Shown here: in pieces, positions 1 through 9,414 of the stretch
Layout of the letters: each line of letters begins with the position of its first letter
How positions within the stretch are numbered: position 1 is the stretch's first letter
DNA from: Sinorhizobium meliloti
GTDB taxonomy: Bacteria > Pseudomonadota > Alphaproteobacteria > Rhizobiales > Rhizobiaceae
NCBI RefSeq assembly: GCF_017876815.1
Contig: NZ_JAGIOS010000001.1
Span: 30,001 to 62,000, forward strand
Direction of reading: 5' to 3'
DNA: 32,000 nt
Made by a program: the position numbers and the translations under genes
Notes under the pieces: model-generated
What the model was told of the DNA's origin: nothing
What the model saw: only the letters and a program-made list of their open reading frames with translations
Database searches by the model: none

Positions 1-913
1 TTCGGCGGTTGCACTGGCGGGTGCGCTGAGTGTCGCAGCGGGTACGGTTACCACGGCAATGGCGGCGAGCACGGTCGAGGTGGTCGTCAACAGCACCGTG
101 ATCACCTCCGGCGACGTCGCCAAGCGGGTCGCCTTCCTGAAGCTTCAGCGGCAAAGCGGCGGCGCAGCCGAAGCCAAGCAGCAGCTCGTCGACGAGGTAC
201 TGAAGCGCGCCGAGATCGCGCGCGTTCAGCAGTCCGTCAGCACCGACGAGGTCGATGCCGCCTTTGCGCGTTTCGCCGCCGGTAACAAGCTTTCGCCGGA
301 GCAGCTCGGCAAGATTCTTGACCAGGCCGGCGTCGGGGTCGACCATTTCAAGCAGTATATCGCAGTCCAGATGAGCTGGCCGCGCGTCGTCAACTTCCGC
401 TACGGCAGCGCCAGCCGCCTTTCCGGCGGCGACCTCGTCAAGCGCATGATGCAGGGCGGCGGCAACAAGCCGGTCACGACGGAATATTTCCTGCAGCAGG
501 TCATCTTCGTCATTCCCGAATCGAAGCGCGGCGCCATCACGGCGAAGCGGCAGGCCGAAGCCAATGCCTCGCGCTCGCAGTTTCCAGGCTGCGATACCTC
601 AAAGGCCTTCGCGGCGAACTACCGCGACGTCTCGATCCGCAGCCTCGGCCGAATTCTTGCACAGCAACTGCCCGAAGACTGGAAGCCGCTCGTCGAAAAA
701 GCCGGCGACGGCATGACCACGGGTACGCGGGTTACCGAGAAAGGCGTCGAATATCTGGCAATCTGCAAGAAGCGTCAGGTCAACGACGACGCCGCCGCCG
801 AGATCGTCTTCCGTGCCGAGGACCTCGGCAAGAAGAAGTCCGAGGGGGAAGACCCGAACAGCGCCAAATATCTTGAAGAACTGCGCTCGAAGGCGCAGAT
901 CGTCAACAAATAA
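1..913 (+). CDS. SurA N-terminal domain / periplasmic chaperone-like protein, 5' end probably outside window
   Basis: ORF 59..913. The frame is open to the window edge, and the codons before Met59 read SAVALAGALSVAAGTVTTA (signal-peptide-like). It sits directly upstream of pdxA-rsmA, as in the conserved surA-pdxA-rsmA arrangement. No PPIase motif recognised by eye. Confidence 0.7.
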   Translation, partial: SAVALAGALSVAAGTVTTAMAASTVEVVVNSTVITSGDVAKRVAFLKLQRQSGGAAEAKQQLVDEVLKRAEIARVQQSVSTDEVDAAFARFAAGNKLSPEQLGKILDQAGVGVDHFKQYIAVQMSWPRVVNFRYGSASRLSGGDLVKRMMQGGGNKPVTTEYFLQQVIFVIPESKRGAITAKRQAEANASRSQFPGCDTSKAFAANYRDVSIRSLGRILAQQLPEDWKPLVEKAGDGMTTGTRVTEKGVEYLAICKKRQVNDDAAAEIVFRAEDLGKKKSEGEDPNSAKYLEELRSKAQIVNK

Positions 914-922
914 CGAGCCAGC

Positions 923-1951
923 ATGAGCGAGACGAGCATCGGGCCGGTCGCCCTGACCATGGGCGATCCGGCCGGGATCGGTCCGGATATCACCCTTTCC
1001 GTATGGGCGAAGCGGGCCGATCGGCCGACGCCGCCGTTTCTCTATGTAGGCGATCCGGCGGTGCTTGCCGCCCGCGCCAAGCTCCTGGGCCAGACCGTGC
1101 CGATATGCGAGACCGATTGTCCCGGGGCCGTCGCCGCTTTCCGGCAGGCGCTGCCCGTTTGGCCGGTCCGCTCCCCTGCCCCCGTGATTCCCGGTAATCC
1201 CGATGCGGCAAATGCTTCCGCCGTGACCGATGCGATCGACACCGCCGTCCGGCTCGTGCTGGCGGGAGAAGCGTCCGCCCTCGCCACCAATCCGATTTCC
1301 AAGGCAGTGCTCTACGAGGCGGGGTTCCGCTTTCCGGGCCACACCGAATATCTCGCGGACCTCGCTGCGCGCGCAACGGGGGTTGCCGCCCTGCCGGTGA
1401 TGATGCTGGCAGGACCGAAGCTGCGCGCGGTCCCGGTCACGATCCATATCCCGCTCAAGGACGTTCCAGCCGCGCTGACGCCGGATCTGATCTACGAGAC
1501 CTGCACGATCACCGCGGCCGACCTCAGGAGCCGCTTCGGCCTGCCGGCGCCGCGCCTGGCGATTGCCGGTCTCAATCCGCATGCGGGCGAAGGCGGCGCG
1601 CTCGGCCGCGAGGACGATGCCGTCATCCGGCCGGTCATCGATCGCCTGCGCGCCGAGGGGCTGGACGTCGTCGGACCCTTGCCGGCGGACACCATGTTCC
1701 ACGATCGCGCGAGAGAGACCTACGACGTCGCCATCTGCATGTATCACGATCAGGCATTGATACCGGCCAAGGCGCTCGGTTTCGATGACAGCGTCAATGT
1801 CACGCTGGGCCTGCCCTTCATCAGAACCTCGCCGGATCACGGGACCGCCTTCAGCCTGGCCGGGAAAGGGATCGCGCGCGAGGAAAGCCTTCTTGCGGCC
1901 TTGCGGCTTGCAGCAGAACTTGCCCGCAATGCCGGCGGGACGAAGCGCTGA
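923..1951 (+). CDS. pdxA: 4-hydroxythreonine-4-phosphate dehydrogenase
   Basis: 342 aa. Has GDPAGIGP near the N-terminus, [17 protein letters not shown] and [10 protein letters not shown] motifs typical of PdxA. Begins 9 nt after the surA-like stop. Confidence 0.93.
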   Translation: MSETSIGPVALTMGDPAGIGPDITLSVWAKRADRPTPPFLYVGDPAVLAARAKLLGQTVPICETDCPGAVAAFRQALPVWPVRSPAPVIPGNPDAANASAVTDAIDTAVRLVLAGEASALATNPISKAVLYEAGFRFPGHTEYLADLAARATGVAALPVMMLAGPKLRAVPVTIHIPLKDVPAALTPDLIYETCTITAADLRSRFGLPAPRLAIAGLNPHAGEGGALGREDDAVIRPVIDRLRAEGLDVVGPLPADTMFHDRARETYDVAICMYHDQALIPAKALGFDDSVNVTLGLPFIRTSPDHGTAFSLAGKGIAREESLLAALRLAAELARNAGGTKR

Positions 1952-2775
1952 TGGCGGCTCTCGACGGTCTGCCGCCGCTACGCGACGTCATCCAGCGGCA
2001 CGGTCTCGACGCGAAGAAGGCGCTCGGCCAGAATTTCCTCCTCGATCTCAACCTTACCCAGAAGATCGCGCGCACCGCCGGTCCGCTGGAGGACGTGACA
2101 GTGATCGAAGTCGGTCCGGGTCCCGGCGGCCTTACACGGGCGATCCTCGCTCTTGGGGCAAAGAAGGTCGTCGCGATCGAGCGCGATTCGCGCTGCCTGC
2201 CGGCACTCGCCGAGATCGGCGCCCATTATCCGGGGCGGCTCGACATCATCGAGGACGACGCACTGAAGGTGGACTTCGAAGCGCTTGCCGACGGACCGGT
2301 GCGCATCATCGCCAATCTTCCCTACAATGTCGGCACACAGCTTCTCGTCAACTGGCTGCTGCCGGGGCTCTGGCCACCCTTCTGGCAATCGATGACGCTG
2401 ATGTTCCAGCGCGAGGTCGGCCTCAGGATCGTCGCCGGCGCCGATGACGATCACTATGGCAGGCTCGGCGTCCTCTGCGGCTGGCGGACAAAGGCGCGTC
2501 TGGCATTCGACGTGCCGCCACAGGCCTTCACACCGCCGCCCAAGGTGACATCGACGGTCGTCCATCTCGAGCCTGTCGAGGCTCCAATTCCCTGCTCGCC
2601 CGCGGTTCTCGAGAAGGTCACCCAGGCAGCCTTCGGCCAACGGCGCAAGATGCTCCGCCAGAGCCTGAAGCCCCTCGGTGGCGAGGCGCTGCTTGCAAAG
2701 GCGGGCATCGATCCGCAACGCCGCGCGGAAACCTTGACCGTCGAAGAATTTTGCCGATTGGCCAATTGTCTGTAG
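1951..2775 (+). CDS. rsmA: 16S rRNA (adenine1518/1519-N6)-dimethyltransferase
   Basis: 274 aa. Has the SAM-binding motif [12 protein letters not shown] and the NLPYNV motif. The ATG overlaps the pdxA TGA (TGATG), suggesting translational coupling. Confidence 0.93.
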   Translation: MAALDGLPPLRDVIQRHGLDAKKALGQNFLLDLNLTQKIARTAGPLEDVTVIEVGPGPGGLTRAILALGAKKVVAIERDSRCLPALAEIGAHYPGRLDIIEDDALKVDFEALADGPVRIIANLPYNVGTQLLVNWLLPGLWPPFWQSMTLMFQREVGLRIVAGADDDHYGRLGVLCGWRTKARLAFDVPPQAFTPPPKVTSTVVHLEPVEAPIPCSPAVLEKVTQAAFGQRRKMLRQSLKPLGGEALLAKAGIDPQRRAETLTVEEFCRLANCL

Positions 2776-2790
2776 AGCCGGACGCTTAAC

Positions 2791-2930
2791 CCACCCTCGC
2801 CCTCATCTCTGTGCTTGTCACAGAGATCCAGCAGCGCCGCGTCTGCGGTGCGGAAAAGCCTTTCCAGCCCAAGGACTTGGGCTGGCTGGATTCCTGTGAC
2901 AGGCACAGGAATGAGGGTAGGAGGAGCGGG
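2791..2930. repeat. RIME/REP-like mosaic element built from four nested hairpins
   Basis: Outer stem CCCTCAT (2800-2806) pairs with ATGAGGG (2911-2917). Hairpin CTCTGTG..CACAGAG spans 2807-2825. Stem ATCCAGC (2826-2832) pairs with GCTGGAT (2885-2891). Central hairpin CCAGCCCAAG-GA-CTTGGGCTGG spans 2864-2885, and hairpin TCCTGTG..CACAGGA spans 2892-2910. Confidence 0.7.
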
Positions 2931-3052
2931 CGTTACACCCATGTCTGCTGCGGGAAAGCAAGCCCGGCTTATAGGACGTTTCGAGGGGACCGCGCTCTAT
3001 TCGGCCTTCAGGAATTCGCCGACTTCGAGCAACACGAATTCATTGTCGTCCG

Positions 3053-3183
3053 CCTTGTCGAGCGAACGCCCGGCGGAGAAGGTCGCGGCAGCGGGATGAG
3101 GGGCCGCACCTCGGCGCACGTCCAAGGCCTCTCCATCCGCCTGCCGGCACCTTCTCCCCGCGAGGGGCGAAGGGATAAGCGGC
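3053..3183. repeat. Two copies, in inverted orientation, of the CCTTCTCCCCGC...GGGGAGAAGG REP-like family
   Basis: GGCGGAGAAGGTCGCGGCAGCGGGATGAGGGGC at 3072-3104 is the reverse orientation. CATCCGCCTGCCGGCACCTTCTCCCCGCGAGGGGCGAAGGG, within about 3128-3183, is the forward orientation. The same family occurs at about 20132, 28133, 28411, 29834 and 30001. Confidence 0.7.
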
Positions 3184-3187
3184 GCGC

Positions 3188-3847
3188 TCAGAGAGGATTT
3201 TCCGTCAGCAGTCCGTTGACGAATTCGAAGAGGCCGGGGCGCCGGTCGCGGCGAAGGCGCTCGGCTTCGACGATCGCCCTGACGGAGGAGAAGGCCCGGT
3301 CGAGATCGTCGTTGACCACGATGTAATCGTATTCGCGCCAGTGCTCGATTTCGGCGCGCGAATTGGCGAGCCGGGTCGCGATGACCTCTTCACTATCCTC
3401 GGCGCGCCGGTGGAGCCGCGACTGCAGCTCCGCCATGGACGGCGGCAGGATGAAGATCGATACCACGTCGCCCGCCATTTTTTCCTGCAGCTGCTGGGCG
3501 CCCTGCCAATCGATGTCGAAGAGCATGTCCCGCCCTTCGCCCATCGCCTTTTCGACGGCGTCACGCGGCGTGCCGTAGTAATTGCCGTGCACTTCGGCCC
3601 ATTCCAGCAGCGAGTCCGTTGCCCTCAGCGCCTCGAACTCTCGGATCGACTTGAAAAAATAGTGCCGCCCCTCGATCTCGCTCGGCCGCCGCGAACGCGT
3701 CGTCACGCTCACTGAAATGCTCAAGTCCGGATCGGCTTCGAGCAGGTTGCGCGCGATCGTAGACTTCCCCGCACCCGAGGGCGATGAAATGACGAGCATC
3801 AGCCCGCGGCGAGCGATCTTGATGGGCGAAACGGTCGCCGGTTTCAT
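3188..3847 (-). CDS. gmk: guanylate kinase
   Basis: 219 aa. Has the P-loop [10 protein letters not shown], then [18 protein letters not shown] and GNYYGT, typical of Gmk. Confidence 0.95.
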
Positions 3848-3850
3848 ATC

Positions 3851-4738
3851 CTACTCCAGATTCTGAACCTGTTCGCGGAACTGGTCGATCACGACCTTCA
3901 ATTCGATACCGGCGGCAGACACGGCGGCGGCATTCGATTTCGAACAGATGGTATTCGATTCGCGGTTAAATTCCTGTGCAAGGAAATCGAGCTTGCGTCC
4001 GACCGGCCCGCCCTTTGTCAGGAGGTCGCGGGCAGCCGCAATATGCGAGCCCAGCCGGTCGAGTTCCTCCCGAAGATCGGCCTTCGTCGCAAGCAGCGCG
4101 ACCTCTGCATGCAGCCTTTCGCGATCGATGCCGGACGCGTTGGCCATGATGACCGAAACCTGCTGCGCCAGCCTGTCGGCGATCGCCTGCGGGCTGCGGG
4201 ACGGATCGTTTTCGACTACCGCGGTCAGTTTCTCGATGCGATCCACCTGGGCTAGCAACACCTGCCCGAGCGCCTTGCCCTCTTCTTCCCGCATCGTCCG
4301 CAGATCGGCGAGCGCGCCTTCCAGGCCGGCGAGTATCTCCGCGTCGCGTTCCGCGCGCTCGTTCTCGCTCTCCTCCGGCTCGCGGAAGTCGACAATGCCG
4401 CGAATGGAAAGCAACGTATCGAGTTTGAGCGGCGCCGGATCGATGACATCGCCCAATCGTTCGCGAAGCTTCAGGACGGCGGCGAGCGCTTCCTCGTTGA
4501 GAACTGCCTCCGTCGAAGCTTCAGTACCGCTCAGCGAAAGGCCGACCTGCAAGTTCCCTCGCGAGAAATACTGCGAGGCGAGGCGTCGGCAGTCGGGCTC
4601 GATACGTTCAAGTCCCGGCGGCAGGCGAAGCCGCATGTCGAGACCTTTGCCGTTGACCGAACGGAGTTCCCAAGCCCAGCGATAGCGTCCGCTGCTCCCC
4701 TCTTTCCTGGCAAAGCCGGTCATCGATTGGAGCGGCAT
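3851..4738 (-). CDS. yicC: YicC/YloC family stress-induced protein
   Basis: The N-terminus MPLQSMTGFAR is characteristic of the YicC family. ATG at 4738 is preceded by GGAGGA. The C-terminal DUF1732-like region is present. The track start at 4882 adds 48 non-conserved-looking residues and was not used. Confidence 0.88.
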   Translation of the reverse strand: MPLQSMTGFARKEGSSGRYRWAWELRSVNGKGLDMRLRLPPGLERIEPDCRRLASQYFSRGNLQVGLSLSGTEASTEAVLNEEALAAVLKLRERLGDVIDPAPLKLDTLLSIRGIVDFREPEESENERAERDAEILAGLEGALADLRTMREEEGKALGQVLLAQVDRIEKLTAVVENDPSRSPQAIADRLAQQVSVIMANASGIDRERLHAEVALLATKADLREELDRLGSHIAAARDLLTKGGPVGRKLDFLAQEFNRESNTICSKSNAAAVSAAGIELKVVIDQFREQVQNLE

Positions 4739-4888
4739 CGTTTCCTCCGTTGGCAGTGATTCGATAAAGCACAACGATCTCTGCACCTCCGAGCGGAGGC
4801 ACGACATTGTCATTGAGGGAAGCACTATGGCGACAGCGCCGAACTCCGCAAGGAATATCCGCGCGGCGGCGAGTCCGTCCACATGAGG

Positions 4889-4936
4889 CTGAGGCGCGCC
4901 GCATCAATGTATGCGACGCGCCTCAGGTTTTGCTTT
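4889..4936 (+). terminator. Orphan plus-strand intrinsic-terminator-like hairpin
   Basis: CTGAGGCGCG (4889-4898) pairs with CGCGCCTCAG (4917-4926). An inner CGCAT/ATGCG stem closes a 6-nt loop. The hairpin is followed by GTTTTGCTTT. The T-tract is on the plus strand, but both flanking genes are on the minus strand. Confidence 0.5.
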
Positions 4937-4952
4937 CGTGCACGTCGTTATA

Positions 4953-4975
4953 CCAAACCGCTGCGCGGTTTTTGG
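4953..4975 (+). terminator. Second small hairpin with a plus-strand T-run, next to the mltG stop
   Basis: CCAAACCGC-TGC-GCGGTTTTTGG. It could also act weakly as the mltG terminator on the minus strand. Confidence 0.35.
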
Positions 4976-4984
4976 CGACATGTA

Positions 4985-6184
4985 TTATTGCTGGGTCCCG
5001 GTCTGCGTGACGGCATCCTGTGCAGCCTCGGTGGCCTTGGCCGCCTCCGCCGCCCTCTCCGCCTCGAGCTTGCGCCAGCGCCGCACATTGGCATTGTGCT
5101 CGTCGAGCGTCTCCGCGAAGACATGCCCACCGGTGCCGTCGGCGACGAAGTAGAGCTCGGGCGTGCGCGACGGATTGGCGACGGCTTCGAGCGCTGCCCG
5201 GCCCGGATTTGCGATCGGCGTCGGCGGCAGGCCTTTGATGAGATAGGTGTTGTACGGCGTCTGCTTGTCGAGGTCGGACCTCAGGATTGCCCGGTCGGCG
5301 GGTTTGCCGTCGCCGCCGAAGATACCGTAGATGATCGTCGGATCCGACTGCAGCCTCATGCCTTTTTCCAGGCGATTGATGAACACCGAAGCGACCCTCG
5401 GTCGCTCGTCCGCGCGGCCGGTCTCCTTCTCCACGATCGACGCAAGAGTTACGAATTCCTCTATGGTCGATACGGGAAGGTCCGGATCCCGCTTCTCCCA
5501 GATCTGCTGCACCAGCGCCTTCTGGGCAGCGGTCATCTGCTTGACGATCTCGTTACGGTCGGTTCCCCGGGTGAACTTGTAGGTGTCCGGCTTGAGGGAG
5601 CCTTCGGGCGGCAGCTCCGCCGGCAGATCGCCGACAAGAACCGGGTCGTCGGCAAGCCTGTGGAACATCTGCTTCACGGTCAAACCCTCCGGCAGCGAAA
5701 CGGAGTAGAGGATCGACTTGCCGGACTTCAGAAGCTCCATGATCTCCTGCATCGATGCATGCGCCTTGATTTCATACTCGCCGGCCTTGAGCGTGTCATT
5801 GCTCAGATAGGCTTCCGAAACGAACCGGAATACGCGGCTGTCGGTAATGATCTCGTTGCGCTCCAGGTTGCTGGCGATTTCGCTGATGCCCGCGCCGCTG
5901 CGAACGATGAAATTCTTGTTCGCCTCCAGCGGCCCCGGCTTTTCATATTCGTGCATCGCGTAATAGACGGCCCCGGCGGCCGCGAGCGCCACGAAGACGA
6001 CCACGGTCATGACGAAGTTGAGAAAGATGACGACCTGGCTGCGGGCCTTGCGCGAACGCTTCGGCGGATGGGGAACTCTTTCGGGACGCAGCGCTTCGTT
6101 GGCCGACTTCGGAATGATCGGCCCGTTGCTCCCGGTTTCATTGCGGCCGAATTGCACCGCGCTGTTATCGTTTGAGTCGCTCAC
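4985..6184 (-). CDS. mltG: endolytic murein transglycosylase (YceG-like)
   Basis: 399 aa with a GTG start. One N-terminal TM segment (VVIFLNFVMTVVVFVALAAAGAV) is followed by a YceG domain containing LASIVEKETG (catalytic Glu region). Confidence 0.9.
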   Translation of the reverse strand: MSDSNDNSAVQFGRNETGSNGPIIPKSANEALRPERVPHPPKRSRKARSQVVIFLNFVMTVVVFVALAAAGAVYYAMHEYEKPGPLEANKNFIVRSGAGISEIASNLERNEIITDSRVFRFVSEAYLSNDTLKAGEYEIKAHASMQEIMELLKSGKSILYSVSLPEGLTVKQMFHRLADDPVLVGDLPAELPPEGSLKPDTYKFTRGTDRNEIVKQMTAAQKALVQQIWEKRDPDLPVSTIEEFVTLASIVEKETGRADERPRVASVFINRLEKGMRLQSDPTIIYGIFGGDGKPADRAILRSDLDKQTPYNTYLIKGLPPTPIANPGRAALEAVANPSRTPELYFVADGTGGHVFAETLDEHNANVRRWRKLEAERAAEAAKATEAAQDAVTQTGTQQ

Positions 6185-6508
6185 GATTGTCCCGATTCCG
6201 AAATTCGCAACCTTATCAAACCGCCGCCGGTGCGAATTTCGGATTAGACCGGCGACCAGTGAATGTTACGGCGGCCTCTGCGGCTCCGGTGAAGGAGCGG
6301 CCTGCCCAGCGATGAATATCCTACAATTACCAGATGTGGCTTGCGCGAACATGCCCCTTGGCGGCGTCCCCGAGTCGTCGCCACTCCAGCGACAGCTTGT
6401 AGTGAGCATTGCGGCAAAAAGCGGGATCGCGGGTCGATGCAGATCGGAAGATGTGCCCGAATTCCGCTTACCTTGGCAACCCGTTTCGCAACACGCCCGC
6501 CCGAGGGA

Positions 6509-7774
6509 TCAATGGCCGGTGTAACGGCGCAGAATCAACGACGCGTTGGTGCCGCCGAAACCGAACGAGTTCGACAGGGCCACATTGATCTCGCGCTTGC
6601 GCGCGACATGCGGCACGAGATCGATCTTCGTCTCGACGGAAGGGTTGTCCAGGTTGAGCGTCGGCGGGGCTATATTGTCGCGAATTGCGAGCGCCGAGAA
6701 GATGGCTTCGACCGCGCCGGCTGCGCCGAGCAAATGTCCGATGGCCGACTTCGTCGAGGACATGGAGATCCTCGACGCGCTGTCGCCGACCAGCCGTTCG
6801 ACCGCGCCGAGCTCGATCGTGTCGGCCATCGTCGATGTTCCGTGAGCGTTGATATAGTCGATGTCCGCAGCCGTGACGCCCGCGCGCTTCAGCGCCATCT
6901 GCATGCAGCGGTAAGCGCCTTCGCCGTCTTCGGACGGAGCAGTGATGTGGAAGGCGTCGCCGGACAGGCCGTAACCGATCACTTCTGCGTAGATCTTGGC
7001 ACCGCGCGCCCTTGCGTGCTCCAGTTCTTCCAGAACGACGATGCCCGCACCCTCGCCCATGACGAAGCCGTCACGATCGGCGTCATAGGGCCGCGAGGCC
7101 TTCTCGGGATTGTCGTTGTGCTGTGTCGAGAGCGCCTTGCAGGCGGCGAATCCTGCGAGCGATATCCGGCAGATCGGAGATTCCGTACCACCGGCCACCA
7201 TCACGTCCGCATCCCCGAGCGCGATCAGCCGGCTGGCGTCGCCGATCGCATGCGCGCCGGTCGAGCAGGCCGTCACGACGGAATGGTTGGGACCCCGCAG
7301 CTTGTGGCGGATGGAAACCTGACCGGCTGCGAGATTGATCAGCCGGCCGGGAATGAAGAACGGGGAAATACGCCGCGGGCCCTTGTCGCGCAGGGTGTAA
7401 CCCGCATCGACGATACCTTCCAGCCCGCCGATGCCGGAGCCGATCAGGACGCCGGTCGAAATCTGGTCTTCGTCGCTTTCGGGTTTCCAGCCGGCATCCG
7501 CCAGCGCCATGTCGGCAGCGGCCATCGCATAGACGATGAAAGGATCGACCTTGCGCTGTTCCTTGGGCTCCATCCAGTCGTCGGCATTGAACGTGCCGTC
7601 GCTGCCATCGCCGAAGGGAATGCGGCAGGCAATCTTGGCGGGAAGGTCCTCGACCTCGAACTCGGTGACCTTGCGGGCCGCGTTGTCGCCGGCCAGAAGA
7701 CGCGCCCAGCTGACTTCGGTTCCGCAACCCAGAGGAGATACCATGCCGGTACCGGTGATAACGACACGTCTCAT
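6509..7774 (-). CDS. fabF: beta-ketoacyl-ACP synthase II
   Basis: 421 aa. Has the active-site Cys context VVTACSTGAH, His motifs INAHGTST and GHLLGAAG, and the C-terminal SFGFGGTNASL. Confidence 0.96.
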   Translation of the reverse strand: MRRVVITGTGMVSPLGCGTEVSWARLLAGDNAARKVTEFEVEDLPAKIACRIPFGDGSDGTFNADDWMEPKEQRKVDPFIVYAMAAADMALADAGWKPESDEDQISTGVLIGSGIGGLEGIVDAGYTLRDKGPRRISPFFIPGRLINLAAGQVSIRHKLRGPNHSVVTACSTGAHAIGDASRLIALGDADVMVAGGTESPICRISLAGFAACKALSTQHNDNPEKASRPYDADRDGFVMGEGAGIVVLEELEHARARGAKIYAEVIGYGLSGDAFHITAPSEDGEGAYRCMQMALKRAGVTAADIDYINAHGTSTMADTIELGAVERLVGDSASRISMSSTKSAIGHLLGAAGAVEAIFSALAIRDNIAPPTLNLDNPSVETKIDLVPHVARKREINVALSNSFGFGGTNASLILRRYTGH

Positions 7775-7860
7775 ACCCGTGACCCACCCTGACTGTTCAA
7801 TTCAACCGCCGGACCGGACCACGCGACGATCGCGACCCGCGCATGCATTGCAAATCTCAT

Positions 7861-7956
7861 TACAGCGTCGTGAAGACGCGCAAAGGTCGCTGTGACCTTA
7901 TGGTTCCTTGCATGTTCTTGTCCCTGGACGGACTCCTATCAGGATACATGCAGTAG
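7861..7956. repeat. Partial, diverged, inverted copy of the multi-hairpin repeat seen at 14997-15150
   Basis: GACGCGCAAAGGTCGCTGT matches the reverse complement of 15062-15080. TGCATGTTCTTGTCC...ACATGCAGTAG parallels the reverse complement of 14997-15047. Confidence 0.55.
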
Positions 7957-8039
7957 TGACGACCAGAGGGAAAGGCGGGACGCTTTGCCGATCGCAACCC
8001 GCAGTGCATGCGGGCCAGCCCACTGCCCCAGGGCTGAAC

Positions 8040-8057
8040 GGGCCGCGAGTGCGGCCC
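8040..8057 (-). other. GC stem-loop just downstream of acpP (possible attenuator or RNA-stability element)
   Basis: GGGCCGC-GAGT-GCGGCCC. There is no T-run after it on the minus strand, so it is not a canonical terminator. Confidence 0.35.
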
Positions 8058-8079
8058 GCCAATGACTCAAGCCAAAAGG

Positions 8080-8316
8080 TCAGGCCTGGGCTTTCTCGAT
8101 GAACTTGACGGCGTCGCCAACGGTGAGGATCGAATCTGCTGCGTCGTCCGGGATTTCGACACCGAATTCCTCTTCGAATGCCATGACCAGTTCGACGGTG
8201 TCGAGCGAGTCCGCGCCGAGGTCATCGATGAAGCTTGCGCCTTCGCTGACCTTTTCGGCGTCGACGCCAAGATGATCAATAACAATTTTCTTCACGCGTT
8301 CTGCGATATCGCTCAT
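8080..8316 (-). CDS. acpP: acyl carrier protein
   Basis: 78 aa with the phosphopantetheine attachment motif [13 protein letters not shown]. Confidence 0.97.
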   Translation of the reverse strand: MSDIAERVKKIVIDHLGVDAEKVSEGASFIDDLGADSLDTVELVMAFEEEFGVEIPDDAADSILTVGDAVKFIEKAQA

Positions 8317-8652
8317 GTCGGAGTTCCTCGACCTTATGTTTCTCTACGGCGCTGTTACCGGCACCGGCACTCTATCACGCCTGATAGACCAAGTTGGTCC
8401 AACGGGCAATCCATCCAACCGAAACCGCGGAAACCCAGGGCAGCAAGAGCTGCCGGACACCTGGCCGGAACGGTCGACTGCGCGCAGTCATGGCCCGATT
8501 AACACGGTTTATGCCTGCCGCAAAGGGCGAAAATGCCCGTTATTCCCTTGGTCAACATTGAATTTCAGGCATTTGGCACAAACAAACGAAGAGGCTGATC
8601 GGAGGTCGCGGCACAGGCCGAAGCCCAAGGAGCCGCGCACTCCATCGCCTCG

Positions 8653-9390
8653 TCAGATCATCGCCATGCCGCCGTTGACGTGGATCGTCTGACCGGTGAC
8701 ATATCCCGCTTCGTTAGAAGCGAGATAGGCCACGGCGGAGGCGACTTCCGCTCCGCTTCCCATCCGCCGCATCGGGATCGCAGACATGATCCCTTCCTTC
8801 TGCTTGTCGTTCAGCTTGCCCGTCATCGCGCTTTCGATGAAGCCCGGGGCGACGCAGTTGACCGTGACGTTGCGGGTGGCGATTTCCTGTGCAAGCGACT
8901 TGGAGAAGCCGATCATGCCCGCCTTCGAGGCGCAGTAATTCGCCTGCCCCGGATTGCCGGTGACACCGACGACCGAGGTTATGTTGACGATGCGGCCGAA
9001 GCGACGGCGCATCATCGGATGCGTGAGCTCGCGCGTCAGCCGGAAGACGGCCGTGAGATTGACTTCGATGACGTTGTCCCAGTCCTCGTCGCTCATGCGG
9101 ACGAAGAGCCCGTCCTTGGTAATGCCGGCGTTGTTGACGAGGATATCGACGCCGCCGAGATCGGCTTCCGCCTTCTCTCCGAGCGCCTTGACTTCCGCGC
9201 GATCGGAGAGGTTTGCCGGGAATATCTGAACCCGCTCGCCGAGGGTGTTGGCAAGCGTTTCGAGCTTCTCGACGCGGGTACCATGGAGTCCGACGACGGC
9301 GCCCTGGGCATGCAGCATGCGGGCGATTTCCTCGCCGATACCACCGGAAGCGCCGGTAACGAGAGCCTTGCGGCCTGAAAGATCGAACAT
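8653..9390 (-). CDS. fabG: 3-oxoacyl-ACP reductase
   Basis: 245 aa. Has TGASGGIG, NNAGIT and YCASKAG (SDR catalytic YxxxK). Lies in the fabD-fabG-acpP-fabF context. Confidence 0.95.
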   Translation of the reverse strand: MFDLSGRKALVTGASGGIGEEIARMLHAQGAVVGLHGTRVEKLETLANTLGERVQIFPANLSDRAEVKALGEKAEADLGGVDILVNNAGITKDGLFVRMSDEDWDNVIEVNLTAVFRLTRELTHPMMRRRFGRIVNITSVVGVTGNPGQANYCASKAGMIGFSKSLAQEIATRNVTVNCVAPGFIESAMTGKLNDKQKEGIMSAIPMRRMGSGAEVASAVAYLASNEAGYVTGQTIHVNGGMAMI

Positions 9391-9414
9391 GGATTTCTCC
9401 TTATAGTAGGGCGC

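Noticed and set aside
2815-3099. Track ORFs 2811..3326(+), 2815..3099(+) and 2454..2942(-) in the rsmA-gmk gap
   Set aside because: They are composed almost entirely of translated mosaic and REP repeats, overlap gmk or rsmA, and lack ribosome-binding sites.
2997-3110. Minus-strand reading ...AGRSLDKADDNEFVLLEVGEFLKAE-stop that looks like the C-terminus of a real protein (possible gene remnant between rsmA and gmk)
   Set aside because: There is no usable start giving 60 aa or more. The upstream half is simply the translation of REP copies (PHPAAATFS-type peptide), and only about 20 residues look protein-like. That is insufficient to call a pseudogene.
4739-4882. Upstream extensions of track ORFs for yicC (to 4882), hlyD-like (to 17339), azlC (to 21570), alr (from 22062), radA (from 23598), fabD (to 10404), AKR (from 10526), SDR (from 27168) and DUF326 (to 12129)
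   Set aside because: In each case an internal start gives the conserved family N-terminus, usually with a Shine-Dalgarno sequence. The extension overlaps a neighbouring gene or is compositionally odd.
8499-8513. TTAA-N7-TTAT half-match to a CtrA box upstream of acpP
   Set aside because: Only one half-site is canonical. It is a single occurrence and is expected by chance.
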